Shown here: positions 1 to 7,781 of the stretch, piece by piece | Position numbering within the stretch: position 1 is the stretch's first letter | How the letters are laid out: every line of letters begins with the position of its first letter | From: a virus | Taxonomy: Duplodnaviria; Caudoviricetes | Virus record (IMG/VR): IMGVR_UViG_3300044693_000070 | Coordinates: 1,978-65,977 of that record | Length of the DNA: 64,000 nucleotides | Reading direction: 5' to 3' (one strand) | Program-made: the position numbers and the translations under genes | Notes under the pieces: model-generated | Databases searched by the model: none | What the model was told of the DNA's origin: nothing | What the model saw: only the letters and a program-made list of their open reading frames with translations

Positions 1-263
1 AACACTTCCGGCCAGTCAGTCACGGCCAGGTATGACGAGCGCACCACGTACACGCCGGACATATTGGCAACATACAGGCGCGCGCCGCGTTGAACGTTGA
101 TTGCAACGCACGTTTCATATCCGATTTTCGGAAGTGGATACATGCCGCACAGTCCGCGCGCCGTTGCCTTGCTAATTGCCGCTTGGTGCGTCGCGCCGTA
201 GTTCTCGGGCGAATCGGCCGCCAGGTTCAACGGGCCGCTTTCTTTGATGCGAATCTGTTTCAT
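1..263 (-). CDS. hypothetical protein (partial, runs off window edge)
   Basis: ATG at 263 with GAGG RBS; frame stays open to position 1 (MKQIRIKESGPL...). Confidence 0.7.
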   Translation of the reverse strand, partial: MKQIRIKESGPLNLAADSPENYGATHQAAISKATARGLCGMYPLPKIGYETCVAINVQRGARLYVANMSGVYVVRSSYLAVTDWPEV

Positions 264-275
264 CGTGTCCACCTC

Positions 276-950
276 TTAAACTTCAATGTCGGAATAGTCG
301 TTTTTCAGTTCGGCGCGTTTCGAGCGCAGCGATTCAACGGCGGCGGCCAGTTCACGCCGGGCGCGTGCATGGTGGCGCATGGGGAACAGTTCGCGCACGT
401 CGTTTTGCAGCGTGTCGCACTCGTCCGCCAGGTCGCGCGCCGCGCGCCAACGTTCGTTGTATTCGCGTTCATCCTCTGCGATGCGTTCGGCCTCACTGTC
501 CGCCGCGCGGGCCGCTTCGCGCTCGTCGTCGTACACATCACCAAAATAAACGCGCTCGTCATTGTCGGACGAGTGATAGCCCGCAATGAAACGGCCATGT
601 GACAGGCGGCCGACAATGCCGCGCATTTTCGCGTGTTGGTCGTCACTCGTGAACCATCCCGTATGATCCGGCCCGCCGTCGCACTCGTCCGCAAAACGTT
701 CATTGCGGAACTTCGGGCCGGTGTGCGTGTACCAGACAGGCCGCTTAGGTGCGAGCGGCCCACAGTCGGAATCGTTGAACCCTTGCGACAGTTCGCCATA
801 CGCGCCCGCGCCATTGCAGAAAGTCCAGTCACGGACTGCGCGCCAATCGGTTTTGTTCTTAGTTGCGGCGCGTGCGCGCAGTGCGGCCAGGCGGCGCGGC
901 GCGTTGACGGTGCGCGAGATAGTGAGGTAAAGCGGCGGAAAGTGAGACAT
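276..950 (-). CDS. hypothetical early protein with coiled-coil C-terminus
   Basis: Within track ORF 276..1304; start moved to ATG 950 (MSHFPP) because of a GGAG RBS. Confidence 0.75.
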   Translation of the reverse strand: MSHFPPLYLTISRTVNAPRRLAALRARAATKNKTDWRAVRDWTFCNGAGAYGELSQGFNDSDCGPLAPKRPVWYTHTGPKFRNERFADECDGGPDHTGWFTSDDQHAKMRGIVGRLSHGRFIAGYHSSDNDERVYFGDVYDDEREAARAADSEAERIAEDEREYNERWRAARDLADECDTLQNDVRELFPMRHHARARRELAAAVESLRSKRAELKNDYSDIEV

Positions 951-1029
951 GGTTTGCTCCGTTTGAAGGATTGTTTTAAATCGTTTATACCGTTTTGCGG
1001 ACAGGCCGCCAGGCGGCCCGGCCAGGTCG

Positions 1030-1425
1030 TTACAGGTCGCGCTTTCGTTCAACTTCCGCATGCGTGTAATCGACTTTGCACACGTCGCGGAAATAGATCG
1101 TTGGATGTCCGCCGTCATGTGCTGCAAACAGGTCCGGCCGTTGCGCGTGCATGGCGTCGCGCATTGCGTATGACCATGCATCACTTCCCCACGTCGTACC
1201 GGACACGCCGATAATTTTTCGGCCCGTCTCAACTTCGCACAGTTCGGCGCGGAACTCGCCACCGTTGCGCCCGTACCATGTGCGGGCCGTGATGCGGTAC
1301 TCAATCACGCTTGCCGCGTCCGCCAGTGCAGCGCGGGCAATCTCTTGATACACGGCGGGCGCGTGTTCGGCTTTGCTTGCGATGCGTTGCAGTGCGTCGC
1401 GCATGATGTCCTGTTTCGTTTTCAT
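1030..1425 (-). CDS. hypothetical early protein
   Basis: 131-aa ORF with GAGG RBS; overlaps the upstream stop (ATGA coupling). Confidence 0.75.
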   Translation of the reverse strand: MKTKQDIMRDALQRIASKAEHAPAVYQEIARAALADAASVIEYRITARTWYGRNGGEFRAELCEVETGRKIIGVSGTTWGSDAWSYAMRDAMHAQRPDLFAAHDGGHPTIYFRDVCKVDYTHAEVERKRDL

Positions 1426-2546
1426 GCGGCCACCTCATCGCACGCAATCACGGCCTCAACCTGTTCAACGTCCGCGCCATACGATGCGGCCAGGCGGGCG
1501 GCCTCTTGTTCAACGTCCGCGCCAGGCCAAACACGCATGTTTTCCGTGTGCTGGCCGCCCGTCGTTTTGCTGCGCAGCGTGACGCGATAGGACGTGATGA
1601 ATTCGAGCGCAACGGCCATGCGTTCGATTTCCGGCCATGCGATGCTATGGCATCCGACAACGATAGAGCCATCCGCGTTAATCGTCGTGAGCATGTACAC
1701 GCCGACACGGCGCACCAGGCGGGCGGCCTCTTCCGCCGTACGCTGGCCGCACTTCACAGACAGGATGACAGGCCACAATGCGCGGGCATCGCTAACGGGA
1801 ATTTCCGCACCGTGCGACGTTTGCACGACCATGCGCCCGACACTGCCCGAATCCGGCAACAGGCCGCCCGTATGGTACGAACCGCGAGACGGCGCCAGGC
1901 GCAGCGCGGGCGGCAACGACATCATGCCTTGCGTTGCCATCGTGGGATCTTTGCGCCAGTCCGCCAGGTATTCAGCGGCGGCCACGGCGGCGCGGGCCTT
2001 GCGTTGGCGTTCCTCTTCCGCTTTGCGTTCCTCTTCGCGCAGCATGGCCGCGCGCATTTCCTCAAGTCCGCTAACGTCGAATGGTTGCACGTCAATGCGT
2101 TCGTTTTCGGGCAGTGCGGCAAGGTACGAATTGAACTGTTCAGCCAGGTACAGCGCGCGGGCCTTATGGCCGTCTCGCGTTTTCTGTTGGATGCGGCGCT
2201 CCGTTGCCGCGTCGCGCAATTGGGCATTGATGGCCGCTTGTGCTTCGCGTTTGTTCGTGATGGCGCTTGCGGCCGGATCGTAGCAATGGACAACGGTTTT
2301 ATGCGACAGTGCAGAGCGGGCATAGGCCAGATGCTTAGATGTCGCCATGCCGTAAGTGCGCGTAGTGAACGCGAACACATCGCGCGACAGGCGGCGGGCA
2401 ACGCAGAAATGCCGCCCGTACGAAAACAGTTTGCAATCTCCGTCTCTGTCCGTCTCGAAATAAAAATTGCTGGCCTTGCCTTCCGATTGCACCGAATTGG
2501 CGAAATAGTGTGCAACCTCTTGATTGCTGCTTAATACCTTGCGCAT
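1422..2546 (-). CDS. hypothetical early protein (about 374 aa)
   Basis: Start at ATG 2546 (MRKVLSS) after AAGGA RBS; central coiled coil. Confidence 0.8.
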   Translation of the reverse strand: MRKVLSSNQEVAHYFANSVQSEGKASNFYFETDRDGDCKLFSYGRHFCVARRLSRDVFAFTTRTYGMATSKHLAYARSALSHKTVVHCYDPAASAITNKREAQAAINAQLRDAATERRIQQKTRDGHKARALYLAEQFNSYLAALPENERIDVQPFDVSGLEEMRAAMLREEERKAEEERQRKARAAVAAAEYLADWRKDPTMATQGMMSLPPALRLAPSRGSYHTGGLLPDSGSVGRMVVQTSHGAEIPVSDARALWPVILSVKCGQRTAEEAARLVRRVGVYMLTTINADGSIVVGCHSIAWPEIERMAVALEFITSYRVTLRSKTTGGQHTENMRVWPGADVEQEAARLAASYGADVEQVEAVIACDEVAA

Positions 2547-2574
2547 GATGTTTTTCCTTTGATGAGTGAAACGA

Positions 2575-2679
2575 TTAAAACGATTTATACAGATTGACGA
2601 CGGCCACCAGTGCAACGGCCAGGCCACACGCGGCCATAGCGGCGGCCACGTAATCAGCGATGCGGAAAACGGCGGCCAC
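2575..2679 (-). CDS. possible small membrane peptide (34 aa)
   Basis: GTG start just after the previous stop; hydrophobic AAAMAACGLAVALVAVV; weak RBS. Confidence 0.3.
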   Translation of the reverse strand: MAAVFRIADYVAAAMAACGLAVALVAVVNLYKSF

Positions 2680-2681
2680 GA

Positions 2682-3719
2682 CTAGCGGCCTTGCGACATT
2701 TCGCGGGCGGCGGCGGCGCGGGCCTGTTCGGCGTCCAGGGCGCGCGCGTTCTCTTCGTCGCATGACGGCGGCGGCGCGGCCTCAATGTGTTCAACGTCCA
2801 GATACACGACGGCGGGCGGCGCGGGCAGTTCGTCCGGTGCGCGTGCGGCCTGTTCGCCTTCCGCGTCAATGCGGCAATTATCGACAAAGCCGGACCAATG
2901 AAGGAACAGGCGCGTTGCCGTGGTTTGCAGCACGGCCAGGGTATGACGACGAGCGCCGCACCACATGACATAGCGCGCGCCGTTAATCGTGCCGTCACCA
3001 GTGACGACGAGCGCCGCGCCGACTTTCGCGCCAGGGACCATAAGCAAAGTATCCTCAACCACGGCGCGCGCCAGCGTGTAGAAGTCACGAGCGCGGAAAC
3101 GCCATCCGTCCGACTCAATCACGCTTTCACCGTTTAAGATGTCGTCACACTCTTCCGGGCATGGAATCCGGCCGTTGTTCAGTTGCGCGGGCAACGACAT
3201 CACGAAACGGCCGTCCACGCTGTAACCGATGTGCTTACCCTTGCCGTACGATGCGACGGCGCGCACGCCAGCAAAGCGGGCCTTATGTTCTGCATACGTG
3301 CCGCTTACCTCTTCCGCGTCAAGTCGCATTCCGTAAATTGCATCCTCAACGGCATGCACTTGCTTATCGTGGCAAGTCGTTTTGAGGGAAAGCCAGATGT
3401 TGAACTCTTCTTTCGTGAAGTCGCGGGCCTCACGAGAAAGCGTGTCCATCATTTCGGCATGGCGCGCACGGTCCACGACGAAACGCATTTGTTCAGGCGT
3501 GATGGTAAGCGCCGCAATGCGCATGCAATCGTTGTAAAACTGGTCCGTGCTGTAGTCCGCAATGCTGGACGGAGTGAAGAGGATATGCGCCTGTTCAGGC
3601 GTGAAGTTGCGAGCGGCAAGCAACCACATGCGCCCCTTGGCTTGATAGGTGAAAGTGAGGCCGTTTTGTGCGGCAATGTGTTTTGCCGTCGCAGTGTTGC
3701 GAAGAGTGCGTTTCATCAT
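2682..3719 (-). CDS. hypothetical early protein (345 aa), first gene after leftward promoter
   Basis: Long ORF with GGAG RBS, 60 bp downstream of the promoter. Confidence 0.75.
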   Translation of the reverse strand: MMKRTLRNTATAKHIAAQNGLTFTYQAKGRMWLLAARNFTPEQAHILFTPSSIADYSTDQFYNDCMRIAALTITPEQMRFVVDRARHAEMMDTLSREARDFTKEEFNIWLSLKTTCHDKQVHAVEDAIYGMRLDAEEVSGTYAEHKARFAGVRAVASYGKGKHIGYSVDGRFVMSLPAQLNNGRIPCPEECDDILNGESVIESDGWRFRARDFYTLARAVVEDTLLMVPGAKVGAALVVTGDGTINGARYVMWCGARRHTLAVLQTTATRLFLHWSGFVDNCRIDAEGEQAARAPDELPAPPAVVYLDVEHIEAAPPPSCDEENARALDAEQARAAAAREMSQGR

Positions 3720-3782
3720 GTTTTGCTCCGTTGATCGGATTGTTAGAAGTTCACACGGCGCATTACTGGCCGGTGAGATTGA

Positions 3783-3812
3783 ATTCTATTCGACTAGGAA
3801 AAACCCTGTCAA
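3783..3812 (-). promoter_or_regulatory. sigma70 promoter PL with embedded palindromic operator
   Basis: TTGACA-18-TAGAAT on the minus strand; contains GACAGGG-N5-CCTAGTC. Confidence 0.85.
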
Positions 3813-3850
3813 ATACTTTTCTTCACTTCGTCGCATGTCGCGCCACACAT

Positions 3851-4250
3851 ACAGGCCGCACCAGGGGAAACGGCCAGGCGGCGGCCCGCATATATAGGCG
3901 CATCACGACAGGCGCGGCCAGGCCACCAGGGAACGCGGCCAGGCCCGGCCACCAGGCCGCCCGATAGTCCGCCAAAATTCCGCCTAAAAATCAGGCAAAA
4001 CCGCGTCTCTAGCTGGTGAAAATCGGCCCGAAAACAGGCCAGAAAACAGGCGTTTTACTCAACAATATCAACGACTTAGCGCCAGGCCGGCGGCGGGCCT
4101 GTCCGATAGGCCCAAAATCGGCCGGCGGCGGCCCGGCCGGCACGATCCGCGCGATACCTGGCGTTTTGCGCTATGGCGGTTTTGCAGCGCGGCGCGCTCC
4201 ACCGCTACCCCTCGATCTCGGCACGCGGCACCAGGCCAGGCCCACCCAGG
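3851..4250 (+). repeat. non-coding region with many strand-biased (C)CAGG(C) motifs
   Basis: More than a dozen CAGG cores on the + strand, e.g. 3861, 3874, 3918, 3926, 3939, 3952, 4082, 4231, 4236, 4246; AAAACAGGC twice near 4031-4051. Confidence 0.5.
4066..4078 (+). promoter_or_regulatory. putative IHF binding site
   Basis: TATCAACGACTTA matches the WATCAANNNNTTR consensus exactly. Confidence 0.5.
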
Positions 4251-4373
4251 CTTACTTCGGAACCCCGGCCGGTTCCCCAAAAACGAATCCGACACAGAAA
4301 GCCGACCCCCTACCCCCGCTTACTTCGACAACCTGGCCGGTTCCCGCGCGGCGAAACGCGTTCAAGAATTTAG

Positions 4374-4402
4374 TTGACAGGGTATTTCCTTGTCGTCATA
4401 AT
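4374..4402 (+). promoter_or_regulatory. sigma70 promoter PR1 with embedded palindromic operator
   Basis: TTGACA-17-CATAAT; GACAGGG-TATTT-CCTTGTC at 4376-4394. Confidence 0.9.
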
Positions 4403-4445
4403 CACCTCGTCGCACTATTCAATGAATAACTTAGGAGGTAACACA

Positions 4446-4802
4446 ATGGCATCGAAACCGAACACCGAATCGCTGGCGCGCATCACCGCTGCTGCGCTGT
4501 GCCCTGAACCTGATGTCGTCGTTCCGCCGCGTGCCCGCAGCGCGTCGTTTGCATCGGCAGTCGCGGACTTGAAGATCGGCGGCGATCCGGCCGCGAAGGT
4601 GATGCGCATGGACCCGGCCATGACGGTCGCAGAACTCGCCGCTGCACGCTCGTCCCTGGCCGAGAAGCTGCGCAACACCGCGCAGTCGTCCGTCAACCAG
4701 GCAAAGCGTCGCTTGCCGGGCACCGAGTACAGCATCGAGGTCTGCGACCTGGCGTGCAAATCCGGCCTGTACCTGATCGCCCTCGTGTCGCGCAACGCCT
4801 AA
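4446..4802 (+). CDS. hypothetical protein
   Basis: ATG 4446 after AGGAGG RBS; first gene after PR1. Confidence 0.85.
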   Translation: MASKPNTESLARITAAALCPEPDVVVPPRARSASFASAVADLKIGGDPAAKVMRMDPAMTVAELAAARSSLAEKLRNTAQSSVNQAKRRLPGTEYSIEVCDLACKSGLYLIALVSRNA

Positions 4803-4833
4803 CACCACGACCTGATCTTTAACGGAGAAGAAC

Positions 4834-5295
4834 ATGAGCCAAACGAACGAAGATGTCCTGAACAAGCCCGAGCACGCGATCAACTACAGCGCCGCCGTGT
4901 CGGTCCCTGTGCCCACCCTGGACGGCGACAAGCTGGCCTACGCCAAGTGGGGCCACCGCCTCACGACCTGGGGCCGCCGCGAGCGCCGCATCGTCGCCAA
5001 CCTGATCGCCCACCTGAACACCCACGGCTTCATCGTCGTGGCAGTGGATGACGGCGGCGACCAGGATGAGCGGATCACCGACAACAACATGAAGGAAGCG
5101 ATGGAGGCCGCGTTCGCCGTGGACGAGGCCGCGCTGATTTTCGCCTACCACCGCAACATCGAAGGCACGCGCCACTACCGCGTCGAACTCATCTTCAACA
5201 ACGGGAACGACGGCCTGGACGTGATCTCGGATTACACGGATAGCCCGATGTTCTCGGCTGCGATGGACAAGTTCGACGCCGAGGTGTGGGCATGA
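4834..5295 (+). CDS. hypothetical protein
   Basis: 153-aa ORF with GGAG RBS and phage codon bias. Confidence 0.8.
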   Translation: MSQTNEDVLNKPEHAINYSAAVSVPVPTLDGDKLAYAKWGHRLTTWGRRERRIVANLIAHLNTHGFIVVAVDDGGDQDERITDNNMKEAMEAAFAVDEAALIFAYHRNIEGTRHYRVELIFNNGNDGLDVISDYTDSPMFSAAMDKFDAEVWA

Positions 5296-5462
5296 ACACC
5301 ATCCGATTCACACCGACCAAGCTGGCGCAGTTCAAGAAGGCGAAGGCCGACGCCGAAGCGCAGGGCAAGGACAGCTTCACGTTCGAGGGCAAGGAAGTCC
5401 TCTGCTCCTACGCCAAGTACGTGATCGAGTACGTCGAATCGCAAATGGGAGATCGGAAATGA
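5292..5462 (+). CDS. small hypothetical protein (56 aa, MNTIRFTPTK...YAKYVIEYVES)
   Basis: Read by hand; ATGA overlaps with both neighbours. Confidence 0.8.
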   Translation: MNTIRFTPTKLAQFKKAKADAEAQGKDSFTFEGKEVLCSYAKYVIEYVESQMGDRK

Positions 5463-5827
5463 CCATCAAGCCAATCATGCCGGGCGATCCCGACTATCCG
5501 CCCGCCGACATCATCGAAGCTGCGCGCAAGGTCAGCACGTATTTCAGCCAGCGCAATATCAAGGGCTGGCAGATCGACGGATGCGCGGATCGTTTCGTGC
5601 AGGTGCGCGACTTCACCGAACAGGAACGCAAGCACGTCTTGAACGCCCTGTACCAGCGCATGCACATCGCACGTCGGTTCGCAATCGAGGCTGCGCGCGA
5701 ACCCGATGTCGAACGCCGCAGGTTCCCGAAAGGTACGGCGATCAACTACTCGCGCATTGCGAAGGAGATCGAATTGCTGCTCGGCCGACTCGACGCCGAG
5801 TTCTTCCCGGTGGCGCGTGAAGTATGA
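5459..5827 (+). CDS. hypothetical protein
   Basis: 122-aa ORF, coupled to neighbours. Confidence 0.75.
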   Translation: MTIKPIMPGDPDYPPADIIEAARKVSTYFSQRNIKGWQIDGCADRFVQVRDFTEQERKHVLNALYQRMHIARRFAIEAAREPDVERRRFPKGTAINYSRIAKEIELLLGRLDAEFFPVAREV

Positions 5828-6336
5828 AGCGCATCGGCATCAAGAAGCAGCGCGTGAATCATCAGGCGCTCGCGCTGGCGGTCAAGCGGATGATGGAAGG
5901 TCCGACCACCGCGCACAACGTCGTCGAAGTGACCGGCCTGCACATCAACACCGCGTACGAACTGATGCGCACGTTCCACGATAACAAGGTCGTTCACATC
6001 AGCGGTTGGGAGCCGAACGCGCTGGGCGTGGACACGACGCCGATCTTCACGCTGGGCGCCGGTCGTGACGTGAAGCGCAGGAAGGCCAGCAGCAAGGAAC
6101 GTTCGGCCAGGTCGCGCAGGCTCAAGAAGGAAATGCAGGTGCGCGATCCGCTCGTGGCCGCGCTGCACGGTGAGTTCTACGACTATCGCGGCTTCAAGGT
6201 CATCAAGGGCGTGACGGTCATCGTCGATCACCCGGACCCATATTTCAAGACCGAGGGCTACCCATCGCCGCGAGCGGCCCACGGCGTCATCACCCGATTC
6301 ATCAACTCGCGCGGCATCAAGGAGAACCAACAATGA
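5824..6336 (+). CDS. putative winged HTH DNA-binding protein
   Basis: GPTTAHNVVEVTGLHINTAYELMRTF looks HTH-like; basic central helix. Confidence 0.6.
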   Translation: MKRIGIKKQRVNHQALALAVKRMMEGPTTAHNVVEVTGLHINTAYELMRTFHDNKVVHISGWEPNALGVDTTPIFTLGAGRDVKRRKASSKERSARSRRLKKEMQVRDPLVAALHGEFYDYRGFKVIKGVTVIVDHPDPYFKTEGYPSPRAAHGVITRFINSRGIKENQQ

Positions 6337-6959
6337 GCGATACCAACAAAGAGAACCTGCTGCGCATCGCAAACGCGTGCGCCGACGCCCTGGCTGGCGC
6401 GTACAGCAGCATGCTTGTGGCGAAGGACATGGCGGGCATTGGCGATCTTCCGCTCGTCAACCAGATCGATGAACTGTCGGGCCGCATGTATGGGCTGATG
6501 GCCGACGCGAAGCAGATCAGGCAGCAGGTCGAAGACGCCACGCGTTGCCCGACGCAAGAACTGCCGTCTTTCGAGGCCGAACTGTCGCCGCTTGAACGCG
6601 ATCTGTGGGACCGCATGCGGGTCTTTGGCCTGCCGATGCGCATTGATCGCGGAAGCCTGGGATGGAGCGCATCGCGTGTGCTCGTCGCCCGCAACCTGAT
6701 CCACTCGTTGCCGAACGATCCCGAATGGTTCACCGTCACGAAGTACCTGCCCATCGGGGAGGATGGCGAGAGCATCCCGGTCAGCGACGGACTGTACCGC
6801 ATGTATCACACGGCCATGTCCGGCAAGGATATCGTCGTGAATCCGAATGCACCGCATGCCGATTTGTTCCGCAAGACCGCCGAGAAGCTGGTCGCGGCGG
6901 GCGTGATGATGCGGGTTTCGGAGAACGTCTACCGCGCCGTGAAGGAGAAGCAGCAATGA
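6333..6959 (+). CDS. hypothetical protein
   Basis: 208-aa ORF with GGAG RBS and ATGA overlap. Confidence 0.8.
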   Translation: MSDTNKENLLRIANACADALAGAYSSMLVAKDMAGIGDLPLVNQIDELSGRMYGLMADAKQIRQQVEDATRCPTQELPSFEAELSPLERDLWDRMRVFGLPMRIDRGSLGWSASRVLVARNLIHSLPNDPEWFTVTKYLPIGEDGESIPVSDGLYRMYHTAMSGKDIVVNPNAPHADLFRKTAEKLVAAGVMMRVSENVYRAVKEKQQ

Positions 6960-7291
6960 GCATCGAGAACTTGAAGCGGCTGATCCGCGAAGTGGGCGAC
7001 AAGGATGACGGCCGCCAGCGCGACAACCTGTACGACCCGAACGTTCCGCTCGACGACATTTCGGCGCGGCGCCTGGTCACGCTGTTCACGCCAATGCAGC
7101 GCGCCATCGTGGTTCACATCGCAACGCACGGATGGTACGACCCGCGATCCGACTCGCGGCCCGAGATCGCAAAGCGGTCCTGCGGCTTCCTCGTGAACAA
7201 GGCCGTCATCGAACAGCAGGTGAACGGCCGCTACGTGTTCACGAAGCGGGTGATCGACTACAACAACCGCAAGGAAGGGATTGCGCAATGA
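6956..7291 (+). CDS. hypothetical protein
   Basis: Start at ATG 6956 (MSIENLK) with GGAG RBS. Confidence 0.75.
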   Translation: MSIENLKRLIREVGDKDDGRQRDNLYDPNVPLDDISARRLVTLFTPMQRAIVVHIATHGWYDPRSDSRPEIAKRSCGFLVNKAVIEQQVNGRYVFTKRVIDYNNRKEGIAQ

Positions 7292-7749
7292 GCCTGTCTA
7301 ACGAATACCGCGTCGTTGCGCGCAGCGCCGATCTGGTGAACGGCGCACCGACCGCATCAACACCGTTTCACGCACTCATGCCAAACGCCGATGCGACGAT
7401 CTGCGGCCACGTCGATGCGCTCGATGTCAAGTTCGTCAAGCACCCGCTGCCGAACCACAAGTACGCGGTGTCCTGTGGCGCATGCCAGGTCGCATTGCGG
7501 GTCGAACGGCAGCGCAGGGGCCGCGAGGGACGGGAGCGCATGCAGAAGCGCCACGCGGCGGAACTGGAAGAGGCGAGACAGCAGGCCGAGGACGCCGCCG
7601 TTGCGCTGCGCGACCGCGCGTATGCCCTGGCCGATGCGTTGTACAACGTGGCCTACGAGGCAGGCTTCTACGGGACGGGCTCGCAAGACCCGCGCGGCAC
7701 GAAGGAATGGGAAGCAGTAGTGGAAGCGATTACCGGCGAGCCGGTATAA
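7288..7749 (+). CDS. hypothetical protein with H-x-T-x-CG...CxxC putative Zn module
   Basis: Start ATG 7288; FHAL...TICG...VSCGAC motif. Confidence 0.75.
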   Translation: MSLSNEYRVVARSADLVNGAPTASTPFHALMPNADATICGHVDALDVKFVKHPLPNHKYAVSCGACQVALRVERQRRGREGRERMQKRHAAELEEARQQAEDAAVALRDRAYALADALYNVAYEAGFYGTGSQDPRGTKEWEAVVEAITGEPV

Positions 7750-7781
7750 CGGGAAGCACCTACCAACGGAGAACAAGAAGA

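Noticed and set aside
1461-1523. 18-bp repeat TGTTCAACGTCCGCGCCA
   Set aside because: In frame; explained by a GADVEQ peptide repeat.
2944-3017. 16-bp direct repeat TGACGACGAGCGCCGC 58 bp apart in different frames, partly echoed at 20-50
   Set aside because: Short, GC-rich and inside a CDS; no further copies or structure seen, so chance or a local duplication is likely.
1-3720. Frequent GGCCAGG in the left-block genes
   Set aside because: Inside genes it equals CTG-GCC (Leu-Ala) codons on the coding strand and is equally common in other minus-strand genes; only the intergenic cluster was kept.
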